Source: Actinomycetota bacterium (GTDB taxonomy: Bacteria > Actinomycetota > UBA4738 > HRBIN12). From it: a stretch of DNA of 64,000 nucleotides. The notes under the pieces were generated by a model that had not been told where the DNA came from, did no database searches, and saw only the letters and a list, made by a program, of their open reading frames with translations. Positions 35,916 through 45,236 of the stretch are shown one piece after another. The translations under genes were made by a program, and so were the position numbers. The DNA lies in NCBI GenBank assembly GCA_036556805.1, contig DATBIS010000116.1:7862-71861 (forward strand). Reading direction: 5' to 3'. Within the stretch, counting starts at the first letter, position 1. The number at the start of each line of letters is the position of its first letter.

Positions 35916-37844
35916 TCAGACGTTCCGCACGAACATGCCGAACGTCGACCATTGTTGCGAGGTCTGGGAGTCGACCACCGCCTGGCTGCCGGTGACCGGC
36001 AGGCCGTTCGACCAGCCGATCGAGTACAGCTTGCCGTCGGTGCGCGCGACGTACAGCGTGCCGCCGGCGAGCGTCATGCCGCGCACCGTGCCCCACGTGA
36101 ACCCGCTGCCGGGCAGGACGGCGGTGAACGTGACGGAGCCGATCACGTTGCTCTCGACGGTGAAGTACCGATAGTAGAGACGGTCGTCCCCCGACACGGT
36201 GTAATACAAGCGTCCGTTCTCGAGGAACATCCCTGTCAGGCTTGCCATCGGGAAGTACGAAGCCGTCAGACCCCTGGGAAACACCTTCTTCGCCTTACCC
36301 GGGCTCGACCCCCCACCCCACGTTCGCCGGAACATCTCGCCCCCGGTCGTGCAGTAGTAGATCTTGCCGTCGGCGTAGAAGGCTCCGCGCGCGTTTGACC
36401 AATCGACCGCGGGCGTGGACACGAGCGACCGCGCGCCCGCGACCGAGCCGTCGAACGAGCGCTGGGCCATCGACGTCTCGCCCGTCGCCGGCATCGTGTA
36501 CAGCGTGTTCGGCAGTGTCGCCTGCGCGTGGACGTAGACGGACGTGCCCCCGTCGAGCGGGAAGAACGCGAGCCGGTTGTGGTACTCGCCGCCGATCGTG
36601 TCGGTGTCGTGCCCGACGTAGAGTCCTTCCGAGGTGAGCGTGAAGTCGAAGACGCCCTCGCCGATGTCACGGCCGGGGTTCCACGAGAACGGAAGCCCGT
36701 TGATGGGGTCGAGCGCGGCAATGCCGTGGCGCGTGAGTGCGCCGGGGCCCTTCGCGTCGCCGGCGAAGGGGTTGTTCATCCAGCGGAAGTGCCCGCCGAC
36801 GTAGATCGCCGTCCCGCTGATGGCGACCCGCCAGAACGTGTCTCCTCCCGAGTAGTCGAGCCACGTCGGCTGCTGGTTCGCGCCGGTCGCGTTGAGCGGC
36901 CAACGGCTCGCCGTGTCACAGGTCACGCCCGAGCCCGACCCGCCGAAGAACGCGCCGGTGGTGACGACCACGAAGTAGCTTCCGTCGGGCGAGATGTCGA
37001 TGTCGCGCAGGTAGGTGTCGAACTTCGCCGCGCACTGCCCCACGAACCGCGTCGTGGCCCACGTGGACACGGTCGCCGTCGTCGGCGTGAGGTTGAGGAT
37101 CGCGATCTGCTCGCGCGCGAGCCCATCGACGGTCTTGAAGTTGCCGATCGCGACCATCTTCGTGCCGTCCGGAGAGACCTCGATCCGCGCGACGTGGCTC
37201 ACGCCGCCGTTGTGCAGGCCCTCGAACGGGATGTCGACGCCGTCGACGAGGTCGCCGGTCACGTCGTCCACCGCCGCGAGCCCGAGCCGCTCGACGGTGT
37301 TCACCTTCGTGAACTCGCCGGCGATGTACACGAGGCCGTTCGCGAGCGCGACGTCCTTCACCGAGGCGCCGAGCGTGACCCGGCCGTCGAACGCCGTGAC
37401 CACGTCGCCGTCGAGGTCGAGCTTCACGAGGCGGCGTGTCGTGTCGCCGTTCGTGTGCGTGAACTCCCCGCCCGCGTACACGTACGTGCCGTCGGTGGCG
37501 AGCGAGAGCACCCGGCCGTCCAGGTCCGGCACGAAGGTGTTCGAGATCTCGCCGGTGTCCTTGTCGAACGCGAACAAATAGCCGCGATCGACCGGCGTGC
37601 CGTCGGCCTCGGTGACGCCCTTGAACCCGCCGCCCACGACGACGGTGTCGCCGATCACCACGATGCCGTAGACGCGGCCGGTGAGCGCGTGTGGGGTGTA
37701 GTCGACCGGATCGTCCGAGACGACGAGCGACTGGGTGACGGGCTGCGCGGACGCGGGAGTCGAGATCCCGGCGACGGTCGCGAGCACGCTCGCCGCGACG
37801 AGCAGGTGGAACAGGCCGAGGGGACGCCGTCCAGCGCGGGACAT
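35916..37844 (-). CDS. Large secreted protein, probably beta-propeller/repeat fold (hypothetical)
   Basis: Start set at the internal ATG giving signal peptide MSRAGRRPLGLFHLLVAASVLATVAGISTPASA. 642 aa, Gly/Thr/Asp-rich with repeated YxxGG/YVxG blocks. The 5' extension to 39179 is antisense of the aminotransferase and was rejected. Confidence 0.75.
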   Translation of the reverse strand: MSRAGRRPLGLFHLLVAASVLATVAGISTPASAQPVTQSLVVSDDPVDYTPHALTGRVYGIVVIGDTVVVGGGFKGVTEADGTPVDRGYLFAFDKDTGEISNTFVPDLDGRVLSLATDGTYVYAGGEFTHTNGDTTRRLVKLDLDGDVVTAFDGRVTLGASVKDVALANGLVYIAGEFTKVNTVERLGLAAVDDVTGDLVDGVDIPFEGLHNGGVSHVARIEVSPDGTKMVAIGNFKTVDGLAREQIAILNLTPTTATVSTWATTRFVGQCAAKFDTYLRDIDISPDGSYFVVVTTGAFFGGSGSGVTCDTASRWPLNATGANQQPTWLDYSGGDTFWRVAISGTAIYVGGHFRWMNNPFAGDAKGPGALTRHGIAALDPINGLPFSWNPGRDIGEGVFDFTLTSEGLYVGHDTDTIGGEYHNRLAFFPLDGGTSVYVHAQATLPNTLYTMPATGETSMAQRSFDGSVAGARSLVSTPAVDWSNARGAFYADGKIYYCTTGGEMFRRTWGGGSSPGKAKKVFPRGLTASYFPMASLTGMFLENGRLYYTVSGDDRLYYRYFTVESNVIGSVTFTAVLPGSGFTWGTVRGMTLAGGTLYVARTDGKLYSIGWSNGLPVTGSQAVVDSQTSQQWSTFGMFVRNV

Positions 37845-37997
37845 CGAAGTGAAAGAGTATGACACGGGCGCCCGCCGCGTCCCTACGTCGTTGGTCGGCG
37901 GCGGCCGCACGAGGATGCGACCAAGGTCTCGGGACGAACGGCTCTCCCGCGCGTTTTGAGAACATGCCGCGCGAGACGGGCGACGGGGGAGTGGGGC

Positions 37998-39314
37998 ATG
38001 GACAGGCTGTCGGCGCAGGAGATCGTCGAGCTCTCGAAGCGGTACACGCTGTTCGACTGGCAGGCGCAGTCGAAGGCTGCGCCGCTCGCGGTCGACCGCG
38101 GGGAAGGCGTGTACTTCTGGACCGTCGACGGCACGAGGTATCTCGACTTCAACAGCCAGCTGATGGGGCTGAACATCGGCCACGGCGACGCTCGCGTCGC
38201 CGAGGCGATCGCGCGCCAGGCGAAGAAACTGCCGTACATCTCGCCGTTCATGGCGTACGAGGAGCGGGCGCTTCTCGGCCAAAAGATGGCCGAGATCCTG
38301 CCCGGCGACATCGACAAGACCTTCTACACGCTCGGCGGTGCCGAGGCGAACGAGAACGCCGTGAAGATCGCGCGGATGGTGACCGGCCGGCACAAGATCC
38401 TCGCGCGGTATCGCTCGTACCACGGGGCGACGACCGGCGCCATCACGCTCACCGGCGACCCCCGGCGCTGGCCCAACGAACCCGCGCTGTCGGGGGTCGT
38501 GCACGTGCTCGACCCGTACCACGGCCCCGAACGCCCCGTCGACGACGCCGCGACGGCGCTCGCGAACCTCGAGGAGACGATCGAGCTCGAGGGCCCGTCG
38601 ACGATCGCCGCGTTCATCCTCGAGACCGTCACCGGCACCAACGGGATCCTCATCCCACCGGACGGCTACCTGCGGGGCGTGCGGGAGCTCTGCGACCGGT
38701 ACGGCATCCTGATGATCGCCGACGAGATCATGTGCGGCTTCGGTCGGACCGGCGAGTGGTTCGCCGTCGATCACTGGAACGTCGTGCCCGACGTCATCTC
38801 CGTCGCGAAGGGCCTCACGTCCTCGTACGCGCCGCTGGGCGCACTCGGGCTGCGGCCGGCCGTCGCGGCGTACTTCGAGGACCACGTCTTCTGGAGCGGG
38901 CTCACGTACAACACGCACCCGATCTCCGTGGCGGCCGCGCTCGCGACGATCGCCGTCTATGAAGAGGACGGGCTCATCGAGCACGCGCGCAAGATGGGCG
39001 ACGTGATGGCACGGCACCATCAGGAGCTCAAGGACAAGCATCCGAGCGTCGGCCACGCGCGGAACATCGGGCTCTTCGGCATCCTCGAGCTCGTGAAGAA
39101 CGACCGCAACGAACCGCTGTCGCCGTTCAACGTGCAGAACGACACGATGACGGCGCTGAACCGCTTCCTGCTGGACCACGGCCTGTTCACGATGGTGCGC
39201 TGGTGGAACGTGATGACGAACCCACCGCTCATCATCACGGAGCAGCAGCTCGGCGAGGGGTTCGAGATCATCGACGAGGCCCTTGCGATCGCCGACGAGG
39301 CGTACGAGGGCTAA
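37998..39314 (+). CDS. Class-III (omega) aminotransferase
   Basis: 438 aa from ATG (MDRLSAQEIV). PLP-lysine context (DVISVAKGLTSSYAPLGA) and ADEIMCGFGRTG. Confidence 0.9.
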   Translation: MDRLSAQEIVELSKRYTLFDWQAQSKAAPLAVDRGEGVYFWTVDGTRYLDFNSQLMGLNIGHGDARVAEAIARQAKKLPYISPFMAYEERALLGQKMAEILPGDIDKTFYTLGGAEANENAVKIARMVTGRHKILARYRSYHGATTGAITLTGDPRRWPNEPALSGVVHVLDPYHGPERPVDDAATALANLEETIELEGPSTIAAFILETVTGTNGILIPPDGYLRGVRELCDRYGILMIADEIMCGFGRTGEWFAVDHWNVVPDVISVAKGLTSSYAPLGALGLRPAVAAYFEDHVFWSGLTYNTHPISVAAALATIAVYEEDGLIEHARKMGDVMARHHQELKDKHPSVGHARNIGLFGILELVKNDRNEPLSPFNVQNDTMTALNRFLLDHGLFTMVRWWNVMTNPPLIITEQQLGEGFEIIDEALAIADEAYEG

Positions 39315-39321
39315 CCGGGGA

Positions 39322-39678
39322 TCACGGCGCGGCCTGCTCGGCCCAGGCCGCGAGCTCGGTCATCACCTTCGCGAGCCCTCGTCCCCGGTCGGTGAGGCGG
39401 TAGGCGATCCCCACCGGCGTCGTGGGTGTGACCGTCCGCACGACGATGCCTGCGGCTTCGAGCTCCTTCAGTCGGAGCGAGAGCACGTGGTCGGAGATCG
39501 GCGGGATCGCGGTGCGCAGGTCGGAGAAACGGGAGACGTCGGCCTGCAGCGCGCGCACGAGCTGGGGAACCCACCGCTTCCCCACGAGCTCGGCCGCATG
39601 CTGGAAGTGAGGACAGACGGCGGCTTCCTCGCCGTCCGCTGCCGATCGTTCGTCCACGCGCGTCATCGTACCTTCCAA
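39322..39678 (-). CDS. HxlR-family transcriptional regulator
   Basis: 118 aa, winged HTH (CPHFQHAAELVGKRWVPQLVRAL). Confidence 0.8.
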   Translation of the reverse strand: MEGTMTRVDERSAADGEEAAVCPHFQHAAELVGKRWVPQLVRALQADVSRFSDLRTAIPPISDHVLSLRLKELEAAGIVVRTVTPTTPVGIAYRLTDRGRGLAKVMTELAAWAEQAAP

Positions 39679-39795
39679 TGCCTGAGCTTCCCAGAAGATT
39701 TCCGTAACTCAGGAATAGTGAGTGCCTGTTGACCGTTCACGCTGGTACGCGCTCGCCGCCGAGGGGGCGGCGAGCAGAGATCGCAGGGAGGCATC

Positions 39796-40362
39796 ATGGC
39801 TCAGGCGATGAACGAACCACGAACGCGGGAGCTGCCCCCGAGCGGGCGATGGGAGCTCGACCCGGCACACACGTCGATCGAGTTTGTCGCGCGCCACATG
39901 CTCACAAGGGTGCGCGGCCGATTCACCGAGTTCGAGGGCGGGTTCGAGATCGGGGAGCGACCCGAGGACTCCAGGGTCCATGTCGAGATCGCGGCCGCCA
40001 GCATCCAGACCAACACCTCGATGCGGGACGACCACCTGCGGAGCCCCGACTTCCTCGACGCCGCAACGTATCCGAAGCTCACGTTCTCGGGCACGACGTT
40101 CCGTCCGACGGGCGAGACCACGTTCGAGCTCGACGGCGACCTCACGATCAAGGACGTCACGCGACCGATCACGCTGAAGGGCGAGATCCTCGGGTGGGGT
40201 CCCGACACGGAGGGCAGGCCGATGCTCGCGGCGTCGGCGAGTGCGACGATCAACCGAGAGGACTGGGACATGACCTGGAACATGGTCGTGGAGACCGGCG
40301 GCTTCCTCGTGAGCAAGCGGGTCGACATCGAGATCGAGACCGAGGCGCGGCTACAGGCCTGA
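39796..40362 (+). CDS. YceI-family protein
   Basis: 188 aa, YceI-like lipid-binding barrel motifs (WELDPAHTSIEFVARH, MRDDHLRSPDFLDAATYP). Confidence 0.85.
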   Translation: MAQAMNEPRTRELPPSGRWELDPAHTSIEFVARHMLTRVRGRFTEFEGGFEIGERPEDSRVHVEIAAASIQTNTSMRDDHLRSPDFLDAATYPKLTFSGTTFRPTGETTFELDGDLTIKDVTRPITLKGEILGWGPDTEGRPMLAASASATINREDWDMTWNMVVETGGFLVSKRVDIEIETEARLQA

Positions 40363-40390
40363 AGCCCGTTGCGGTGACCGAGCGACGAAA

Positions 40391-40417
40391 AGGACGGGGC
40401 GACGCCCCGTCCTTTTT
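40391..40417 (+). terminator. Rho-independent terminator downstream of the YceI gene
   Basis: AGGACGGGGCG-A-CGCCCCGTCCT hairpin immediately followed by TTTTT. Confidence 0.8.
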
Positions 40418-40487
40418 CGTTCCTTCGCCCCATTGATTCGTAGGAAGACGATGTCCTACGATCTGCCTTGCGGATGGGGGTGGTGGC

Positions 40488-40967
40488 ATGAAGCGAGCCG
40501 CCCGGTGGGCTCGGCTCGTCGTCCTGGTGGTGTTCTCCGGAGCCCTGGCGTTCACGCCGGGGGCCTCCGCGGGTGGTGGGTGCACGATCAGCGGGACCGC
40601 GGGTCCCGACGTGCTCGTGGGTACGCCCGGTCCCGACGTGATCTGCGGGCTCAACGGTTCCGACACGATCAACGGGCGGGGCGGCGCGGACACCATTCTC
40701 GGCGGCAAAGGGAGGGACTACCTTCGCGGCCGGGGCGGTGACGACGTGCTGCGCGGCGGACGGGGCAACGACTACATCGTGAGCGGCAAGGGTACCGACG
40801 CCGTCTACGGTGGCAAGGGGAACGATCGGTGCCTGCGCACGCAGGACGGCTTCCCGCACGACACGCTTTCGGGCGGCAAGGGCAAGGACACGTACCGGGC
40901 CGACGCCGACGACGTCGTGAAGGACGCCGAGGTGCAGGTGGACGCCTGCGAGGATCCTCCCGCCTGA
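40488..40967 (+). CDS. Small secreted protein with hemolysin-type Ca-binding (RTX-like GGxGxD) repeats
   Basis: Signal peptide (MKRAARWARLVVLVVFSGALAFTPGASA), then repeats GTPGPDVICGLNGSDTINGRGGADTILGGKGRDYLRGRGGDDVLRGGRGNDYIVSGKG. Confidence 0.65.
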   Translation: MKRAARWARLVVLVVFSGALAFTPGASAGGGCTISGTAGPDVLVGTPGPDVICGLNGSDTINGRGGADTILGGKGRDYLRGRGGDDVLRGGRGNDYIVSGKGTDAVYGGKGNDRCLRTQDGFPHDTLSGGKGKDTYRADADDVVKDAEVQVDACEDPPA

Positions 40968-40980
40968 TCGCGTTCGAGGA

Positions 40981-41583
40981 TCAGGTCGGGCGCGGTCCGT
41001 TCGCGCCCGGATCGTAGGACTCCAGCCGGAAGATGCCTTCGTAGGCGACCACCACGTCGCCCGCGACCCACAGGTCCCCGGTCCAGCCGCTCTCCCTCGC
41101 GGTGAACCGCCACCGCGTCGCGTCGAACCGTCCCACGGGCGTTGCCGCGGTTTCGTCGCCGATCCGCTCGTAACGCTGCCGGGTCGGGTGGATCTCGAGC
41201 GTGAAGGGATCGACGAACAAGACGTCGATCTCGGTGGTGCCGGTGAGGCGCTTGGTCGTGACGAGGTTCGTCGCCGGCGTCAGGTAGTCGAGGTGCGTGT
41301 CGGCGTGCCAGGGGAACCGCACCGGGGCGCGGTCGCGGAAGCCGACGAGCGTCTCGCCCGACCCCTCGAGCAGCAGGTCGTGGGCTCCGGTATCGACCCG
41401 AAGCCGGACGGGTCGCCAAGCCTCGTCGACCACGACGTCGACGGTCTCGTGGTGCTCGCCGTGCTCGACCGTGTCGATCTCCGCGAAGTAGCGCCAGCCC
41501 GCGGGTCCCGGCGCGCACCGGAAGTCCTCGGTGCCGACCGGGTCCCCGTCGTCGCCGAGGACCGCGTACCTGCCGGAGGGCAT
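40981..41583 (-). CDS. Hypothetical protein, last gene of the thiolase/DUF35/ACAD operon
   Basis: 200 aa, no family recognised. Start is 2 nt downstream of the ACAD stop. Confidence 0.5.
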   Translation of the reverse strand: MPSGRYAVLGDDGDPVGTEDFRCAPGPAGWRYFAEIDTVEHGEHHETVDVVVDEAWRPVRLRVDTGAHDLLLEGSGETLVGFRDRAPVRFPWHADTHLDYLTPATNLVTTKRLTGTTEIDVLFVDPFTLEIHPTRQRYERIGDETAATPVGRFDATRWRFTARESGWTGDLWVAGDVVVAYEGIFRLESYDPGANGPRPT

Positions 41584-41585
41584 CG

Positions 41586-42743
41586 TCAGATCGACTCGGG
41601 CAGGCCGAGGTCGCGCCCGAGGATCAGGCGGTGGATCTCGCTCGTGCCCTCACCGATCTCGAGCACCTTCGCGTCTCGATAGAACCGCGCGATGGGGTAC
41701 TCCTCCATGAACCCGTAGCCACCGAAGATCTGCGCGGCCTCGCGCGCGCTCGTGACCGCCGCCTCGCTCGCGGCGAGCTTCGCGATCGAGGCCTCCGCGA
41801 CGTGCTCGCGACCCTCGTCCTTCAGCCACGCCGCGCGGTAGGTGAGGAGGCGAGCCGACTCGACGGCCACCCGCATGTCGGCGAGCTTCCCCTGGATCAG
41901 CTGGTTCGCGCCGATCGACCGGCCGAACGCCTGCCGCTCGTTCGCGTACGTCACGGATTCGTCGAGGCACGCCTGCGCGAGGCCGACCGCGAGCGCCGAG
42001 ATGGTGATGCGCGCGCCCGTGAGGATCGCGAGGCACTGCGCGAACCCGCGGCCGCGCTCGCCCAGCAGGGCGTCCGCGGGCAGCCGGACGTCCTCGAACA
42101 CCACGCCGTGGGTATCGCTCGCGTGCCAGCCGAGCTTCCGATACGGGGCCTCGATCGTGATGCCGGCGGCGTCCGCGGGGACGAGGAACGTCGACAGGCC
42201 GCGCTTCCCACCTTCCGGCTCGGTGGCGGCCGCGACGACGTGCACGCCCGAGATCGGCGTGCCGCAATTCGTGATGAAGGCCTTGGCCCCATCGAGCACC
42301 CAGCCGTCCCCGTCGGGGCGCGCGACCGTCCGCGCGGCGGCGGCGTCGGACCCGCCCCCGGGCTCGGTGAGGCAGAACGACGCGAGGATCTCGCCGGCTG
42401 CGACCCGGCGGAGCCAGCGCTCCTTTTGCTCCGGCGTCCCGAAGCGGTCGATCATCCCACCGCCCAGCCCCACCGCGGCCGAGAGCGTGATGCCCACCGA
42501 CTGGTCGACGCGTCCGAGCTCCTCGATCGCGAGGCACATCGTGACGCTGTCGGCCTCGCTGCCTCCGAACTCTTCGGGAAACGGCAGGCCGAACAGGCCG
42601 AGTTCGGCCATGCGCCGCACGACGTCGAGCGGGAACTCCTCCTTGGCGTCGCGTTCGGCGGCTCCGGGCGCGACGATCTCCTCGGCGAACTCGCGGACGA
42701 CCTTCCGGAAGTCCTCCTGCTCGGGCGTGAGGTCGAAGTTCAC
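41586..42743 (-). CDS. Acyl-CoA dehydrogenase
   Basis: Start set at the in-frame GTG (VNFDLTPEQEDF). 385 aa, ACAD N, middle and C-terminal domains (GGSDAAAARTVA, catalytic Glu region YRDAKVLEIGEGTSEI). Confidence 0.9.
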   Translation of the reverse strand: MNFDLTPEQEDFRKVVREFAEEIVAPGAAERDAKEEFPLDVVRRMAELGLFGLPFPEEFGGSEADSVTMCLAIEELGRVDQSVGITLSAAVGLGGGMIDRFGTPEQKERWLRRVAAGEILASFCLTEPGGGSDAAAARTVARPDGDGWVLDGAKAFITNCGTPISGVHVVAAATEPEGGKRGLSTFLVPADAAGITIEAPYRKLGWHASDTHGVVFEDVRLPADALLGERGRGFAQCLAILTGARITISALAVGLAQACLDESVTYANERQAFGRSIGANQLIQGKLADMRVAVESARLLTYRAAWLKDEGREHVAEASIAKLAASEAAVTSAREAAQIFGGYGFMEEYPIARFYRDAKVLEIGEGTSEIHRLILGRDLGLPESI

Positions 42744-43171
42744 GCGGGCACGAACCCCTCGAGGTCGTTGATCGATCCGGAGCGATCGTCCCGGAATGCG
42801 GCCCGCACACGCATGCCGATGGACGGCGACGCGACGCCGGCGAGGCGGTGGAGCAGCACCGTGTCGGCGCCGTCCAACTTCACGAGCGCGAGCGTGATCG
42901 GCTCCGCGAGCGCGCGATCGTCGACGTCGACGTGCCCGACCGTCCAGGACTCGATCGTGCCCTCGGGGCCGCACTCCACGTCGGACTCGAGCTCGGCGAA
43001 GTCGCGCTCGCAGAACAGGCGCGCGGGGAGGTAGGTCATCTCGCACGTCGGGCAGCGGGAGCCGAGCAGCACGCCGCGATCGCGCAGCGCCTCGAAGAAC
43101 CGGGTGTTCGCGACGCCCGGCGTGTAGCGGAAGCTCACCGGGAGACCGCCGGGGATCTTCCGAACGGTCAC
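42740..43171 (-). CDS. DUF35 Zn-ribbon/OB-fold protein (thiolase partner, ChsH2-C/BbsA-like)
   Basis: GTG start. 143 aa with a rubredoxin-like Zn ribbon (CPTCEMTYLPARLFCERDF) and an OB fold. 4-nt overlaps on both sides. Confidence 0.8.
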   Translation of the reverse strand: MTVRKIPGGLPVSFRYTPGVANTRFFEALRDRGVLLGSRCPTCEMTYLPARLFCERDFAELESDVECGPEGTIESWTVGHVDVDDRALAEPITLALVKLDGADTVLLHRLAGVASPSIGMRVRAAFRDDRSGSINDLEGFVPA

Positions 43172-44880
43172 GACGTCACCTCGCCGTCGGCGGGGCGAAA
43201 GTACGCGATGTCGAGGATGGAGCCCGTGCGTTCCTCCGCCGGGCGCCAGACGGCCTCGACGCGAAGGCCGATCCGCACGTCGTCGGGGCGAACGTCGCCG
43301 AGCTTGTGGAGGAACCCTCCCTCGCTCGCGCCGTCCAGTCGAATCACGGCCGGGAGCTCGGGTTCCTCGAGATCCTGCATGTCCCAGGTGACGTGGCAGA
43401 TCGAGAACGTCTCCACCGTGCCCGTGGCGGGAACCTCCGTCCACGAGTCGGTGGGCCGGAAGCACCGTTCGCAGAACGCCCGCGGCGGCACGAGGGTTCG
43501 CCCGCACTGCGCGCACGTGGTCGCGACGATCCTCGCGTCGCGCAGCCCGTCGAGGAACGCGCCGACGGCCGCACCGGGATCCCACGCGTACTCCGCGTCG
43601 AGGTCGATGTCGACCGCGCCGGTCGCCGACCGGAACTCGGCGTCGGAGAGCGGGGTCGCGCGCGGCGCGGACGGCGGTGTCCCGTCGCGGGTGGCCGTGG
43701 TCGCCGGACCCCCGTCCGTGCCAAGGATCACGACGGTCCCGACCTGCATGAGGTCGCCCCAGGCCTGCGCGAGGCCGCGCTCGGGCGTCCCCGGGACCTG
43801 CCTGCCCCCCGCTTCCCCGCGCAGCTGCCAGAACAGCTCGCACACCTTCATCAGCCCCGCGGCCGCGATGGGGTTCCCGACGCCGAGGAGGCCCCCGCTC
43901 GGGCAGCACGGGAGGTCGCCGTCGCGCGCCGTGACGCCGTCGCGCGCCGCCTCGGGCGCCTTGCCCTTGTCGAACAGCAGCAGCCCCTCGAGGTGGTGCA
44001 GCTCCTTGTAGTCGAATGGGTCGTAGGGCTCCGCGACGTGGATCTGCTTGCGCGGCTCGGTGACGCCCGCCATGTCGTACGCCATGCGCGCGGCGTTCTC
44101 GACGTACTCCGGGTAGACGAGGTCGCGGTTCGTCCAGTACGTCGTGTCGAGGTTCCACCCGACGCCCTGCACCCATACCGGCCGGTCAGTCAGCTGCCGC
44201 GCGACGTCCTCGCTCGCCATCACGATCGCCGCCGCGCCGTCGCTGATCGGCGAGACGTCGAGCCGCTGCACGGGCCACGCAAGCGTCTCGCTCGCGAGCA
44301 CGTCGTCCACGGTGATGTCGGACTGCCCGAGCAACGCCGAAGGATGCTCCGCCGCGTTGCGCTTGTTCTTCACCGCGACCTCGGCGATGTCGCGCTTGTC
44401 CAGCCCGTACGCGTTCATGTAGCGGTTCATCTCCAGCGCGAAGATCCACAGGAGGTTCGGCCCGAGGGGCCGCTCGATGATGTTGTCGAAGATCGTGATG
44501 AACGCGCCCTGCGGGTGCGGCTGACAGGACGACATCTTCTCCTCGGCAACGACGAGCACGACGTCGGCCTGGCCGGACGCGACCGTGTACCAGCCTTGGA
44601 TCGGAACGAAGACGCCGCTCCCGCCGCCGACGTAGGTGCGAATCATCGGCTTGCCCCAGCCACCGCTGCCGTCGGACAGGTACTCGCCCTTGCGGTGCAC
44701 GCCGTCGAACGCGTCGGGCGCGCTCGTCACGCACACGGCGTCGACGCGATCGAGCCCGATGCTCGCCGACGCGAGCGCCTCGCGCGCCGCGATCCACGCG
44801 AGTTCCTTGCCGGTCTCCTGGGCGCGGCGCACGAACTTCGTCATGCCGGCGCCCACGACGGCAACGCGACGCCCCGTCAT
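43168..44880 (-). CDS. SCP-x-type thiolase-like protein fused to a C-terminal DUF35 OB-fold domain
   Basis: 570 aa from ATG (MTGRRVAVVGAGMTKF). N-terminal about 390 aa is a thiolase-like fold. The C-terminal about 140 aa has a Zn ribbon (CAQCGRTLVPPRAFCERC) and an OB fold. Confidence 0.85.
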   Translation of the reverse strand: MTGRRVAVVGAGMTKFVRRAQETGKELAWIAAREALASASIGLDRVDAVCVTSAPDAFDGVHRKGEYLSDGSGGWGKPMIRTYVGGGSGVFVPIQGWYTVASGQADVVLVVAEEKMSSCQPHPQGAFITIFDNIIERPLGPNLLWIFALEMNRYMNAYGLDKRDIAEVAVKNKRNAAEHPSALLGQSDITVDDVLASETLAWPVQRLDVSPISDGAAAIVMASEDVARQLTDRPVWVQGVGWNLDTTYWTNRDLVYPEYVENAARMAYDMAGVTEPRKQIHVAEPYDPFDYKELHHLEGLLLFDKGKAPEAARDGVTARDGDLPCCPSGGLLGVGNPIAAAGLMKVCELFWQLRGEAGGRQVPGTPERGLAQAWGDLMQVGTVVILGTDGGPATTATRDGTPPSAPRATPLSDAEFRSATGAVDIDLDAEYAWDPGAAVGAFLDGLRDARIVATTCAQCGRTLVPPRAFCERCFRPTDSWTEVPATGTVETFSICHVTWDMQDLEEPELPAVIRLDGASEGGFLHKLGDVRPDDVRIGLRVEAVWRPAEERTGSILDIAYFRPADGEVTS

Positions 44881-45236
44881 GCGCCGGCCTCCGCGTATTC
44901 GAACAACGCAAGCGCGTTGCCGTCGGGGTCGGCGAACTCCACGAAGCGAGGCTCGCCGCGCTCTCCGCCGCCCTCGTGCCCGATCGCCACGCCGTGCGCG
45001 GCGAGCCCCGCGCGGGCCGTCTCGAGGTCGCCGACCGTGAACGCCACCGTGCCGCCCGGACGCACTTCGCCCGACGAGGCCGCATGCAGCCCGAGCTTGA
45101 TCGGCCCCGCCGCGAACTGCGCCCAGTCGTCCCCGGCCCGGTAGTCGAGCGCGAGCCCGAGCGTGTCGCGGTAGAAGGTCACGGCGCGGTCCATGTCCGC
45201 GACGAAGAGGTACACGAGGTCGGCGCGCTCGATCAC
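44877..45236 (-). CDS. VOC-family (glyoxalase/bleomycin-resistance fold) protein
   Basis: GTG start. 119 aa (LVYLFVADMDRAVTFYRDTLGL...). Confidence 0.7.
   Translation of the reverse strand: MIERADLVYLFVADMDRAVTFYRDTLGLALDYRAGDDWAQFAAGPIKLGLHAASSGEVRPGGTVAFTVGDLETARAGLAAHGVAIGHEGGGERGEPRFVEFADPDGNALALFEYAEAGA

Noticed and set aside
35916-39179. 1087-aa minus-strand ORF as a single gene
   Set aside because: Only the 3' 642 codons (from the ATG at 37844, with a signal peptide) look real. The 5' portion is antisense to the class-III aminotransferase (37998-39314) and is compositionally junk.
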